Assembly: GCA_024402495.1 (NCBI GenBank)
Contig: JAKSTR010000002.1
Span: 16,708-80,707, forward strand
From: Treponemataceae bacterium
GTDB taxonomy: Bacteria; Spirochaetota; Spirochaetia; Treponematales; Treponemataceae
Reading direction: 5' to 3'
Length of the DNA: 64,000 bases
Part shown: positions 25,552-35,600 of the stretch, piece after piece
How the letters are laid out: every line of letters starts with the position of its first letter
Position numbering within the stretch: position 1 is the first letter of the stretch
The notes under the pieces: model-generated
What the model was told of the DNA's origin: nothing
Databases searched by the model: none
The model's input: only the letters and a program-made list of their open reading frames with translations
Translations under genes and position numbers: made by a program

Positions 25552-27360
25552 ATGAAACAAAAAACGCTTTTTTCGCGAGTCGCCTTCTTTTTTGTTCTGT
25601 ATTTTTTTATTACTTTTGTTTGCGTCTGGGCTGTTACCGCCGCAATCGGCGTAGAAGGCAAAATTCTGCCGATTTTTGAGCGCCAGTATTTAATAAACGA
25701 TACTTTGCTGAATTATTTTTCAATTTTCGTGTCGCTTCAAATTTCCAGCATAATGGTAGAACTTTCCTGGGCGTTTTCCAAAGAAAGCGACGAAGAAACA
25801 GTGCCGAAACCTGCTGACATGCTGAAGCACTTAAAAAATGTTTTTATAATAATCGTTGCCAATTTATTTTTGTTTATCGTTGCAACAGAATTTATTGAGC
25901 CTGTTTTAACCCAGCGCCAGCGTTCTATGCAGAATGCTTCGCTTGATTTTGTAGATTTTACAAAGCGTGCGGAAGAAAATCTTGCAGCCAAAAATTACAG
26001 TCATGCAACTTTGTATGCACAGCAGGCGCTTCGTATTGCGCCGGAATCGCCTGAAGCGATTGCCCTGATGAGCAAAATTGAAAGCGCGGCAAGTCATTAC
26101 GAATCGATGCAAGTGCCGCCGGCGCCTGTTGAAGAAGAAACAAAAATTGAACTGAATATTCCGGTGCCGGATTTGATAAAGCGCGCAAAAGAAGCCTATA
26201 AAAAAGGCGAGTATTTTGAAGCCCATTATTACGCAACTCTTGCGCAGGAATCTTATAATACTTCAAATGCAAATTTGAAAGAAGCAAAAGCCATTGCCGA
26301 GGATGCGTGGACAAAAATGCAGGTTACCAATACCAGCATGGGAATGTCCGAAGCTTTGTACAGCCAGAAAAAGCAGGGTTACGGCGCAATTGTGCGCGGC
26401 GATTATTTGCGCGCCTATTATATTTTCAGGGAATTGCTGAACGGTATTGGTTCTGACCCGGACGTTGACCGCTATTTGAAGGTTGCAGAAGAAAATATTG
26501 CAAATCAGGTATTTTTTACGGATGAAACGATGGATTTGCAGCCGTTTGAATCGGTGCGCGACGTGCATTTTGCTGTAGACCGCCCGGACGGTGGAAAAAT
26601 ATTTGTTGCTTTCAAGGGCATTACTTCGGTGCAGAAAGGTAAAGTTTTTGCCCAGTATGCCCGCGGAATGCATATTGCTTCTTATGATGAATACCACAAT
26701 CTGGAAGAAAGTTTTTACGTGCCTTATGCCAAATTGCAGGCGGAAAACGCTGAAGATTTTGGGTATATTTACGAAGCTGCCGTAGACAAGTCAAAAGACA
26801 AGCGCGTTCCTTATTTTATAATAAAAGCCGTTGACCGCAACGAACGCGACAACGCAATTGAACCTGTTGTTCATTATCGGGCAAAAACGGCGGTTGTAGA
26901 CAAAACCGTGTACATTTTGCCTATGCCTTTTAATGATTTTCTGGAAATTACGGAAGCTACCAAGGGCGCAAAACTGATTTCGCTTGGTAAATTAATTTCA
27001 TTTTGCGGCAAGGCTTCTAAATACGGCTTTGAAGAAGATGTTTTCTGGCACGCTTTGGCAAGCAGGCTTTGCATGCCGTTCTTGTTTTTGATTGTGGCAA
27101 TGATTGCAACGATTTTTGCATGGAAGTTTAAGCTGAAGAACAGCCAGCTTGTTCACTTCTGGTGGCTGCTTTTTGTACCGGCTTTTACGCTGCTTATGTA
27201 TTTCATATTGCGCGCCGTGGATTATTTTCACCGCATTTTGCTGTGTGCATTGATTGGCGTGCTGAACTGGGTTGCCTTGCCGGTTTGTGTTTGCGAATAT
27301 TTGCTGGTTTTTACCGCGCTTTGTGTTTATTTTGTTTCAATAAAAGACAAGGCTGAATAA
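25552..27360 (+). CDS. polytopic membrane protein, 3+3 TM with a ~370-aa central domain containing TPR-like helices
   Basis: 602 aa. SD AGGAG. The ATG lies 1 nt after the upstream stop (translational coupling). Confidence 0.75.
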   Translation: MKQKTLFSRVAFFFVLYFFITFVCVWAVTAAIGVEGKILPIFERQYLINDTLLNYFSIFVSLQISSIMVELSWAFSKESDEETVPKPADMLKHLKNVFIIIVANLFLFIVATEFIEPVLTQRQRSMQNASLDFVDFTKRAEENLAAKNYSHATLYAQQALRIAPESPEAIALMSKIESAASHYESMQVPPAPVEEETKIELNIPVPDLIKRAKEAYKKGEYFEAHYYATLAQESYNTSNANLKEAKAIAEDAWTKMQVTNTSMGMSEALYSQKKQGYGAIVRGDYLRAYYIFRELLNGIGSDPDVDRYLKVAEENIANQVFFTDETMDLQPFESVRDVHFAVDRPDGGKIFVAFKGITSVQKGKVFAQYARGMHIASYDEYHNLEESFYVPYAKLQAENAEDFGYIYEAAVDKSKDKRVPYFIIKAVDRNERDNAIEPVVHYRAKTAVVDKTVYILPMPFNDFLEITEATKGAKLISLGKLISFCGKASKYGFEEDVFWHALASRLCMPFLFLIVAMIATIFAWKFKLKNSQLVHFWWLLFVPAFTLLMYFILRAVDYFHRILLCALIGVLNWVALPVCVCEYLLVFTALCVYFVSIKDKAE

Positions 27361-27440
27361 AAATATTTCTGCAATTGAAGAATATTGAGGAACAACATAC
27401 CTCGCCGCAAGCAGCGAGGTATTAAACCCTCTGTACGAAT

Positions 27441-27496
27441 AAAAAAAACGGCAGGATTAAGATTGATTTTTTCAATATTAATTCTGCCGTTTTTTA
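27441..27496. terminator. bidirectional terminator between convergent genes
   Basis: 14-bp stem AACGGCAGGATTAA / TTAATTCTGCCGTT (one G-T pair), flanked by A8 and T5. A second small hairpin lies at 27398-27422. Confidence 0.75.
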
Positions 27497-27508
27497 TGAT
27501 GAAATGAA

Positions 27509-28789
27509 TTATACAGTTCTGCGTTCTATGTGAGCGCCCAAACTTTTTAATCTTTCTGTTAAGTTTTCGTAGCCGCGTTCAACCTGATAAACGTTGCGGA
27601 TTACGCTTTCGCCGTGGGCGCTTAAGGCTGCAATAACCAGCGCCATACCAGCGCGCACGTCTGGCGATACCAGTTCCGAACCGTGCAGGTTGCTTGGTCC
27701 TGAAACTACCGCGCGGTGCGGATCGCAAAGTGTAATGCGCGCACCCATTCCGATAAGCTTGTCTACAAAAAACATTCGGCTTTCAAACATTTTTTCGTGA
27801 ATCAGAACCGTGCCTTCAACCTGTGTTGCAACAACGGTCATGATGCTTGTTAAATCCGGCGGAAAACCCGGCCACGGAGAATCGTCAATTTTTGGAATCA
27901 TTCCGCCCAAATCGGTATTAACCTGCATGGACTGTCCGCTCGGTACAATCAGCGAATCTCCCTGAATATTCCACGTAATTCCAAGCTTGCCGAACGCAAG
28001 CTTGATAGGGCGCATATCGCGGCTGTTTACGCCGGTAATTGTAACGCTGCCTTTTGTCGCAGCCGCAAGCCCGATATAAGAACCAATTTCCATATAGTCC
28101 GGGCCAATTGTAAAATCGCAGCCGTGCAGTTCGCTAACGCCTTTAATCGTTAAGATATTGGAACCAATTCCGCTGATATTGCCGCCCATGGCATTCAGCA
28201 TTTTGCACAAATCCTGAACATGCGGTTCGCTTGCTGCATTGGTAATAATTGTTTCGCCTTCGGCAAGTACGGCTGCCATAACGGCATTTTCGGTTGCGGT
28301 AACAGAAGCTTCGTCCAGAAAAATGTCCGCGCCGATAAGTTTGTTTGCGTTAAACTTGAATCTGCCGTTAATGGCAACCCGGGCACCAAGTTCCTGCAAT
28401 GCCAGAAAGTGCGTATCAAGACGGCGGCGACCAATAACATCGCCACCGGGGGGCGGCAAAATTGCCTTGCCGGTGCGTGCCAAAAGCGGACCGGCGAACA
28501 AAATGGAAGCGCGGATGCGTTTTGAATATTCCAAAGGAATTTCGTGTTCAGTTACCTGAGCAACTTGCAGCTTGTAAGAATGTTCATCAAGTTTTTCTAC
28601 CGTACCGCCCAAAGCTTTTAAAATGTCCAGCATTACGCCAACGTCTTCAATTTGGGGAATGTTACGCAAAATTACAGGTTCGGCAGAAAGAACCGCTGCG
28701 GCAATACAGGGCAGGGCGGCGTTTTTGTTGCCGCTGGCGTGTACCGTTCCCTTAATAGGGAATCCGCCCTCAACTAGATACTCGTACAT
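27509..28789 (-). CDS. murA: UDP-N-acetylglucosamine 1-carboxyvinyltransferase
   Basis: 426 aa with GNKNAALP near the N-terminus. The active-site loop PGGDVIGRRRLDTH has Asp where E. coli has Cys115. Confidence 0.9.
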   Translation of the reverse strand: MYEYLVEGGFPIKGTVHASGNKNAALPCIAAAVLSAEPVILRNIPQIEDVGVMLDILKALGGTVEKLDEHSYKLQVAQVTEHEIPLEYSKRIRASILFAGPLLARTGKAILPPPGGDVIGRRRLDTHFLALQELGARVAINGRFKFNANKLIGADIFLDEASVTATENAVMAAVLAEGETIITNAASEPHVQDLCKMLNAMGGNISGIGSNILTIKGVSELHGCDFTIGPDYMEIGSYIGLAAATKGSVTITGVNSRDMRPIKLAFGKLGITWNIQGDSLIVPSGQSMQVNTDLGGMIPKIDDSPWPGFPPDLTSIMTVVATQVEGTVLIHEKMFESRMFFVDKLIGMGARITLCDPHRAVVSGPSNLHGSELVSPDVRAGMALVIAALSAHGESVIRNVYQVERGYENLTERLKSLGAHIERRTV

Positions 28790-28872
28790 AAGACCTCTAA
28801 AAAAAGAAAAGCCTGATTTTTATAATATTTTGTAAGACTTTCCTTAAATTTATCGGAATTTTATTTTTCAAC

Positions 28873-29115
28873 CTAAGCATTAAGTGCTGCGCTTACAGCA
28901 TTTGCCAGCTGATCCGGGCAGCTTGTTGATTTGAAGCCGCATTTTATGCCCTTCAGGCGTTTTATTACTTCTTCAGCCGGCATGCCTTCTACCAGCCGTG
29001 CCACGCCCTGCGTGTTGCCGTTACAGCCGCCTGCGAAAACTACGTTGCAAACTTTGCCGTCTTTAATTTCAAAATCGATTTTTGTGGCACATGTGCCTTT
29101 TGTCTGATAAGTCAT
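28873..29115 (-). CDS. TSCPD-domain small protein (TIGR03905-like)
   Basis: ATG 29115 (MTYQTKGTCATKIDFEIKDG...) with SD AGAGGAAAA. Contains the TSCPDQ motif. The track start at 29157 would overlap pepT. Confidence 0.7.
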   Translation of the reverse strand: MTYQTKGTCATKIDFEIKDGKVCNVVFAGGCNGNTQGVARLVEGMPAEEVIKRLKGIKCGFKSTSCPDQLANAVSAALNA

Positions 29116-29131
29116 TTTTCCTCTTTTTCGT

Positions 29132-30397
29132 TTATTTTTCGGTTTTATAAAGTTCAATTAAGTTCAGCACGGTTCTGGTTGCCAAAACCATCTGGCTTAG
29201 CGATGCCCATTCCTTGCGCGAATGGAAATTGTGTCCGCCCGTAAAAATATTCGGGCACGGCAACCCCAATTCTGTTAGGCGCGAACCGTCTGTTCCGCCG
29301 CGGATTGGCATGAAAACGGGTTCCATGCCGCACATTTTTACAGCCTGCACCAGTTTTTCAGTTACTGCTGGATTTTTTTCGATTTTTTCTTTCATGTTAA
29401 GGTACTGGCAGCTTATTGTTGCCATGCATTTACCGCCTTCAAATGTGGCTTCTATAGTGCGGGCAATTTGTTCTACAGTTTGAATGCGTTTTTGCATTCC
29501 GGCGCGGTCAAAATCGCGCAAATAAATGACAAGTTTTGCATTTTCTATGCTGCCGCTGATTTCCATCGGGGCAAAAAAGCCCTGGCGTTTGTCGGTGGTT
29601 TCGGGCGCCTGATGACGCGGCAGCATGCATACAAAATTTGCCGCCATTGTAAGGGCGTTTACCATGTCCGGGCGCGCCGTGCCGGTATGTTTTGCCTGCC
29701 CGAAGAAATTAATCTCGGCTTTATAAGCGTTAAAACATTCCATTTCAATTTCGCCTGCTTCGCCACCGTCCAGCGTGTAGCATATTTTAGACTGAATCCA
29801 GTCTAAAGGCACGTTGTCCATGCCGTGCCCGGTTTCTTCGTCCGGGCTGAAAATTATTTCAATTTGCCCGTGACTTTGGGCGTTTTTTTGCAAAGTTTCC
29901 AGCGCGGTAACAATTTCGGCAACCCCGGCTTTGTCGTCTGCGCCCAAAAGGGTAGAACCGTCGCTGGTAATGATTGTATCGCCTGCAAGTTTTGCCAGAC
30001 ACGAATCGTTTTTTGGGTCAATTGAAAGGTCGCCGTTTAATATGATTGGCTTTAAATCGTAATTCGGGTGAAGCTGCGGCTGCACGTTTTCGCCCGAAAC
30101 TTCTTCTACTGTATCCAGATGTGCTAAAAAACAAATGCTCGGAGCGTTTTCAAAGCCTTGGGTGGCAGGCAGGCGGGCGCACAAATAAGAATGTTCGCTG
30201 ATATGGCAGTCGCTGATGCCGATTTTTGCCAGTTCTGCCTGCAAGTTCTGGGCAAAAAGCCTCTGGCGTTCGGTGGAAGGCTGCACGCCTTTATCGGCAT
30301 TTTGCTGGCTGCTGGTTGTATGCTGTTTTACATAATTACAAAATCGCTGGGAAAGATTTTCCGCAATGGAATCGTTTAATAAAGCTTCAATATTCAT
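29132..30397 (-). CDS. pepT: peptidase T (M20B tripeptide aminopeptidase)
   Basis: 421 aa with M20 motifs HLDTV and GADDKAG, and the C-terminal PepT-like GGHNFHS. Confidence 0.85.
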   Translation of the reverse strand: MNIEALLNDSIAENLSQRFCNYVKQHTTSSQQNADKGVQPSTERQRLFAQNLQAELAKIGISDCHISEHSYLCARLPATQGFENAPSICFLAHLDTVEEVSGENVQPQLHPNYDLKPIILNGDLSIDPKNDSCLAKLAGDTIITSDGSTLLGADDKAGVAEIVTALETLQKNAQSHGQIEIIFSPDEETGHGMDNVPLDWIQSKICYTLDGGEAGEIEMECFNAYKAEINFFGQAKHTGTARPDMVNALTMAANFVCMLPRHQAPETTDKRQGFFAPMEISGSIENAKLVIYLRDFDRAGMQKRIQTVEQIARTIEATFEGGKCMATISCQYLNMKEKIEKNPAVTEKLVQAVKMCGMEPVFMPIRGGTDGSRLTELGLPCPNIFTGGHNFHSRKEWASLSQMVLATRTVLNLIELYKTEK

Positions 30398-30404
30398 GCT
30401 TTCA

Positions 30405-30432
30405 ATTTAAGCCATTTTGCCACTTTTTTCAA
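30405..30432 (-). promoter_or_regulatory. promoter abutting the pepT start codon (leaderless candidate)
   Basis: Minus strand: TTGAAA (30432-30427), 16-nt spacer, TTAAAT (30410-30405), then 7 nt to ATG 30397. Confidence 0.4.
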
Positions 30433-30495
30433 TTTGAAAGGCGCTTCGCCGGTGTGCGATGCGGTTAGCAAAGTGCCATTTTATAACGGAAGAAA

Positions 30496-30891
30496 TTAGT
30501 GCTGCCATTTGTTGCCGGAAGGGTGAGGGCAATATGCGTTTTTTGGGCGGGCGCGCAGTGCAACATAACAGCCGCACCAGCCGCAAAGCACGTTTGTTTT
30601 TAAGTCCGGGCAGGCTGTGCAGGCGTTTAGGCGCGCCAGATATTCGCTTTGGTCTGCAAGTTCACCCTGTGCAGGCGGAAGTTCTGCAAGCAGTTTTTTC
30701 AGATATGCAGAATCTAAAGGCTGGGGCGAAGAATTTTGTGTAATTGGGTCGTTTTTCGCAGCTGATGCGCTTTGTGCGGAAACAGACTGTGCGGCTTTTG
30801 TTAATATTTCTGCCTGTCTGGAAGCTTTCGCAGCTTCTGCAAGTTCGGTACAGCGCGGACAATCGGGCATGGTGTTTATTTTTTCGCTCAT
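30496..30891 (-). CDS. Cys-rich small protein, putative zinc-binding
   Basis: ATG 30891 (MSEKINTMPDCPRC...). The C-terminus is CTACPDLKTNVLCGWCGCY...CPHP. The upstream part of the track ORF is probably not translated. Confidence 0.6.
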   Translation of the reverse strand: MSEKINTMPDCPRCTELAEAAKASRQAEILTKAAQSVSAQSASAAKNDPITQNSSPQPLDSAYLKKLLAELPPAQGELADQSEYLARLNACTACPDLKTNVLCGWCGCYVALRARPKNAYCPHPSGNKWQH

Positions 30892-30932
30892 TACAGAATT
30901 CTTCAATTGGCAGTTTAAAAAGCAGATAAAAA

Positions 30933-30972
30933 AAGCATTTGCGCAAAGATGAAAAAACGTGCGCAAATGCTT
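30933..30972 (-). terminator. rho-independent terminator of the arabinofuranosidase gene
   Basis: 13-bp perfect inverted repeat AAGCATTTGCGCA / TGCGCAAATGCTT with a 14-nt loop. The minus strand continues with T7. Confidence 0.75.
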
Positions 30973-30985
30973 GTGTGTACAAAAA

Positions 30986-32467
30986 TTAGCAGGCTGTAAA
31001 CGAAGCTACCGAACGAGCCGGCATTTCAATTACAACTGTATTGTCATCCTGAATTTTTGCCTGCAATTTTTTTGCAGCAACTTCGTTTGGATTGTCGAAA
31101 GTGTTGCAGCTGGTCATTTTTTCGCCAGCCAGAACTTCGCCGCTTACAGCCGTAAGTTTTTTGCCAAGGTTTGCAAAGTTTACGACAACGGTCTTAGATT
31201 TTTCCAAATCCGGGTTTGCCAATGTAACGGTGTATTCATCGTTGCCGGCAACAGAAGCACTTACGCTTAAGCCAGGTACAAACAAATTGTCCTTGCCGCA
31301 GCCGCTAGAAGAAACGGTAGAATTAAGCAAGGTTGCGTCCATGTGCTTTTTGTACATTTTGAAAACGTGCCATGTAGGTGTTTTTACCATTTTGTCGCCT
31401 TCGGTTAAAACCAAAGACTGCAAAACGTTTACAGCCTGGGCAATATTTGCATTTTTTACGCGGTCTGAATGATTGTTGAAAATATTCAATGTGATACCGG
31501 CAACCAAAGCGTCGCGAACAGTGTTCTGCTGATACAGGAATCCCGGATTTGTGCCCGGTTCAACCTGATGCCAGCATCCCCATTCGTCAACAACAAGCGA
31601 AATGCGTTTTTCCGGGTCGTATTTGGTCATAATTTCATCGTGACGGCGTACAAGTTCTTCCATACGGTAAGCGTTTTTCATGGTTGAATACCAGTCGTCT
31701 TCGTTGAAGCTGAGGGCTTTCCCTTTGTGATCCCAGTCGTGTTCAAATGTATAATAGTGAAGGCTTAAGCCGTCCATAAAGCGTGCGGCTTCGCGCATCA
31801 AAACTTCTGTCCAGTGATAGTCGTCTACATTTGGTCCGCCGGCAATTTTGAAAATCTTGTCTTCTCCGTACTGACGTACGTAGGTCTGGTAGCGGCGGTA
31901 AAGGTCTGCATAATATTCGGCACGCATATTGCCGCCGCAGCCCCAGTTTTCGTTTCCTACACCGAAAAAGTCAAGTTTCCATGCGTCGGCATGACCGTTC
32001 TGGGTGCGTAATTTGCTCATTGGCGATTCGCCGCTGAATGTAATATATTCAACCCATTCAGACATTTCCTGTACTGTACCCGAACCAACGTTACCGCAGA
32101 TATATGGTTTACAGCCAAGTTCTTCGCAAAGACCCATAAATTCGTGGGTTCCGAAACTGTTGTCTTCTACAACGCCGCCCCAGTGGGTGTTAATCATGCG
32201 CTTGCGGTTTTCTTTTGGTCCAATGCCGTCTTTCCAGTGGTATTCGTCGGCAAAACATCCGCCCGGCCAGCGCAGGTTAGGGATATCAACTTCTTTAAAA
32301 GCTTCCAATACGTCAAGGCGGTAACCGTTTTTGTTTGCAATTGGTGAATCTTTACCAACCCAAAAACCGCCGTAAATACAGCGTCCAAGGTGTTCTGCAA
32401 AGTGGCCGTAAATATGGCGGCTAATTTGCGATTTTTTTTGATTTACATCTATAAATACAGAATCCAT
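30986..32467 (-). CDS. GH51 alpha-L-arabinofuranosidase
   Basis: 493 aa with the GH51 acid/base region [22 protein letters not shown]. Confidence 0.85.
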   Translation of the reverse strand: MDSVFIDVNQKKSQISRHIYGHFAEHLGRCIYGGFWVGKDSPIANKNGYRLDVLEAFKEVDIPNLRWPGGCFADEYHWKDGIGPKENRKRMINTHWGGVVEDNSFGTHEFMGLCEELGCKPYICGNVGSGTVQEMSEWVEYITFSGESPMSKLRTQNGHADAWKLDFFGVGNENWGCGGNMRAEYYADLYRRYQTYVRQYGEDKIFKIAGGPNVDDYHWTEVLMREAARFMDGLSLHYYTFEHDWDHKGKALSFNEDDWYSTMKNAYRMEELVRRHDEIMTKYDPEKRISLVVDEWGCWHQVEPGTNPGFLYQQNTVRDALVAGITLNIFNNHSDRVKNANIAQAVNVLQSLVLTEGDKMVKTPTWHVFKMYKKHMDATLLNSTVSSSGCGKDNLFVPGLSVSASVAGNDEYTVTLANPDLEKSKTVVVNFANLGKKLTAVSGEVLAGEKMTSCNTFDNPNEVAAKKLQAKIQDDNTVVIEMPARSVASFTAC

Positions 32468-32571
32468 AATCTTTCCTCCGCCTTGAATATATCAGTGGTT
32501 TGCCATTTTTGCAAGTATATATCAAAAAAAACTAATTTATATCAAAAAAACTTGCGCTATAACGGCGATAC

Positions 32572-32604
32572 AAAAAAGGCGGCACATTTTGTGATGTGCC
32601 GCCT
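32572..32604 (-). terminator. rho-independent terminator of the GH13 gene
   Basis: 11-bp stem AGGCGGCACAT / ATGTGCCGCCT with a 6-nt loop, followed by T6 on the minus strand. Confidence 0.8.
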
Positions 32605-32620
32605 TTATAAAATCTTTCAA

Positions 32621-35600
32621 TTATTTCTTATCTGGTTTCTTTGCTTTTGTCGCCGGTTTTTCTGTTTTAGGCTTTTCTGCTTTTTCAGCTTTCGCTTTTG
32701 CAGCGGTTTTAGCAGCCGGGGTTTTTGCAGTTTTTGCAGTTTTGCCTGATGCTTTGGCGGCTGTGCCTGCGGTTTTTGTCCTGGCTTTTTTTGCAGGCTT
32801 TTTAACGGCTGGTGCTAAGGCTGCCAAAAAGTCATCGGCTTTATACTGGGCTTCTTCGCAGGTTTTTACCAGCAGTTTGGCGCACGCTTCAAAATCTTCT
32901 GCCTTTTTGCCTTTAAACAGGTTTTGTGCAAAGCAGATTTCTTCAAGGGCGCGTTCTGTCTGTTCTTTGCCAAACCAGCGCACATTGTCAAATGTGTTTA
33001 AGCCTGTTAATGCCGGCGCATTTTTATTTTCAAACAAGGTGCTTATTGTAAAATAAGCCGCTTCTTTTGTAGTTTTTTTGTCGGCAGGCGCGGTACTGGT
33101 ACAAAGCAATACCGGCGTTAATGCCTGATAATACCACAAACTTGTGTCTGCAATGGCAGTTTTTTTAACAATGCTGAACAGCTTGCGGTTTAAGCCCCAT
33201 TGTTCGGCAAGTTTTGCGGCGTCGCTGCTGGTGGCTTTTTTGCCGATGGCGCCTTTATTCGCTGCCAAAAGTGCCAGTACAAAGGCGTATTCTGCGCCGT
33301 TCGGTTTTGCAAGCAAAGTCTGATACAGTTCTTTCTGCTGTTTTGTTGCCGAAGGTTCTTCTGCGGCTTTTTTTATTTCTATAATTTCTGCCAGAGTATT
33401 GCCAAATGCCTTGTAGCATTTTTCGGCGGCAACGCTTTCGCCTGTTTTTGCAAGGTTTACAATTTGAGCTGCGCCATAGTTGCCTTTTACGAATTCAGCA
33501 AAAGTTTCAAAATATTTAATGCCTGCTTCTTTGTTTGCCTTCAGCAGTGCAGCCAAAGTTGGCAGTTTTTTAGGCTTTTCTGTTTTTGCCGTCTTTTTGC
33601 CGTCTTTGGTTTGGGCTGCGCTTTCTTTTAATGCGGCGGCTTTTGCCAAAGCTACTGCTTTGCTTTCGCAAAGGCTTGCAAAAGTGCCTGTAAAATCGCT
33701 GGTTACAAAATCGCACAAAGCTTTGTACAAATCTTTCAGGAAAATTTCCTGCAATGCAACCTGAATGTCTTCAACGCCGCTTCCGTTCAAGGTTTCGTAC
33801 AGAATGCGGTATTTGCCGGTTTCGTCATCAAAAACTTCGCTGAAATTCAGCAAAACCTGACTTTCAAAACCGTTCAGGCACATATACAAGCCGTTTTTAT
33901 GAATTTCTTCACAGGTGCGGATGTACCATAAACCGCTTCTCTGTTCCTGAAAAATACAGAATGCGTTGCCGGCGGTAGAAAGTTTAAGCGCATTTGCAAT
34001 TGAACATGTGTGCATTTCGCTTGTTTCTTCGCCGGTTTTTACTGCATAGCGGCAGGATTCTTTAATCCAGCCCACAGCCTGCTGGTAAACGTTGTTGTAA
34101 AAAACTACGGCTTTTTCGTCGCCAAAGCTGTTTGAATATGCAAAAACGTTTTCGTTTACGCTGCCGTTGTTCCATACATCATAAAAATAGAAGTTTTCAA
34201 CTTCGGCAAACAGATAGCGTTTTTTCATCAGCGGGAAGATTTCGCGGTTGTGGCGTGCAATCAGGTTTTCGTCCGGCTGTTCATCGTAATAGGCTTTCTG
34301 GTATTCCATACCGTATTTTTCCGTAAAGCCTTCAATCTGCCCGTGCCCGAACATTGGCAAGCCCGGCATTGTTACCATTAAGGTACAAACGCCAAAATAT
34401 TTGTCGTCGCGTCCAAACTGAGCAACTGCGGTTTCTTCGTCCGGGTTGTTCATGAAGTTTACAAAACGGCGCAGAACCTGAGGGTCAAACTCAAGGGTAT
34501 TTTTTACGGTCTGGCGGTATTTGTAGTTTTCTTCTTTTTTCAGCATGTTCATAAATGCTGAATTGTATACACGATGCATACCCAGCGTGCGCACAAAATA
34601 GCCTTCCATCATCCAGAAAGCTTCCGCTAAAAGAAGCGTATCAGGAATTTCTTTTGCACAGCGGTCTACAACTTCGCGCCAGAATTCGTTCGGTATGCGG
34701 TTTTCAAATTCTTCCCTGCTTAATGCCGATTCGCTCCGGCTTGCAATATCGCCGCCGCTGCCCGGTTCCGGGTACCAGAGGCGCTTGATGTGCTTTTTGG
34801 CAAGAACCATTGCCGCATCAAAGCGGATAATCGGGAAGTTGCGGGCAACGTGGAGAATTTCCTGAATAACGGCTTCGCGGGCTTCGGGATTTAAAAAGTC
34901 AATCTGGGCTGTGTCGTTCCACGGCAAGCCTGTACCGTCGTTACCGTGATAAATATAGCGCGTATCACCGGTGTAGTTGTCTACGCGCTTAAACACAACG
35001 GCGCAGTCGTTTTTGCTGTAATAATGGTCTTCAAGATAAACGCTTACACGGCTGTCGTGGCTTAGGTTTTCGCCGTTAAAAGTATAGGTCGGGAAAGGGC
35101 AGTCCCGGCGCTGAATGAACATATCCGGGCGTTCTACTACCCATTTTGCGTCCATACCCGTGTGGTTCGGCACCATATCCGAAGCAAGGCGGATTCCGCG
35201 CTGCCAGCACCGGCGGCGCAAATTATCCAGCGCATCCCAGCCGCCAAGATTGTTTGCAATGTTATAGTCTTCAAGGCTGTATGCACTTGCGGCAGCTTCC
35301 GGGTTGCCGTTTATCTGCTTAATGCGGCAGCTGGCTGTTGAACGTTCCCACAAGCCGATAAGCCAAAGACCGGTAAATCCGCGCTGGGCAAGCAAATCAA
35401 GTTCTTCGTCCGGAATTAAATCCAGCCGGTTAATCGGGCGCTGATATTTTTTTGTCAGCTGATCCAGCCATACCAGAACGGTTTTTGCCATAAGAACAAC
35501 ACGCGGCATCCATTCCCGGTCAGGGCTGTAGCGTTCGTATTCTTTTGTCAGATAGTCGTAATTGTACGGATCCATCGGCGGCAGACCGTCACCGCCGGGA

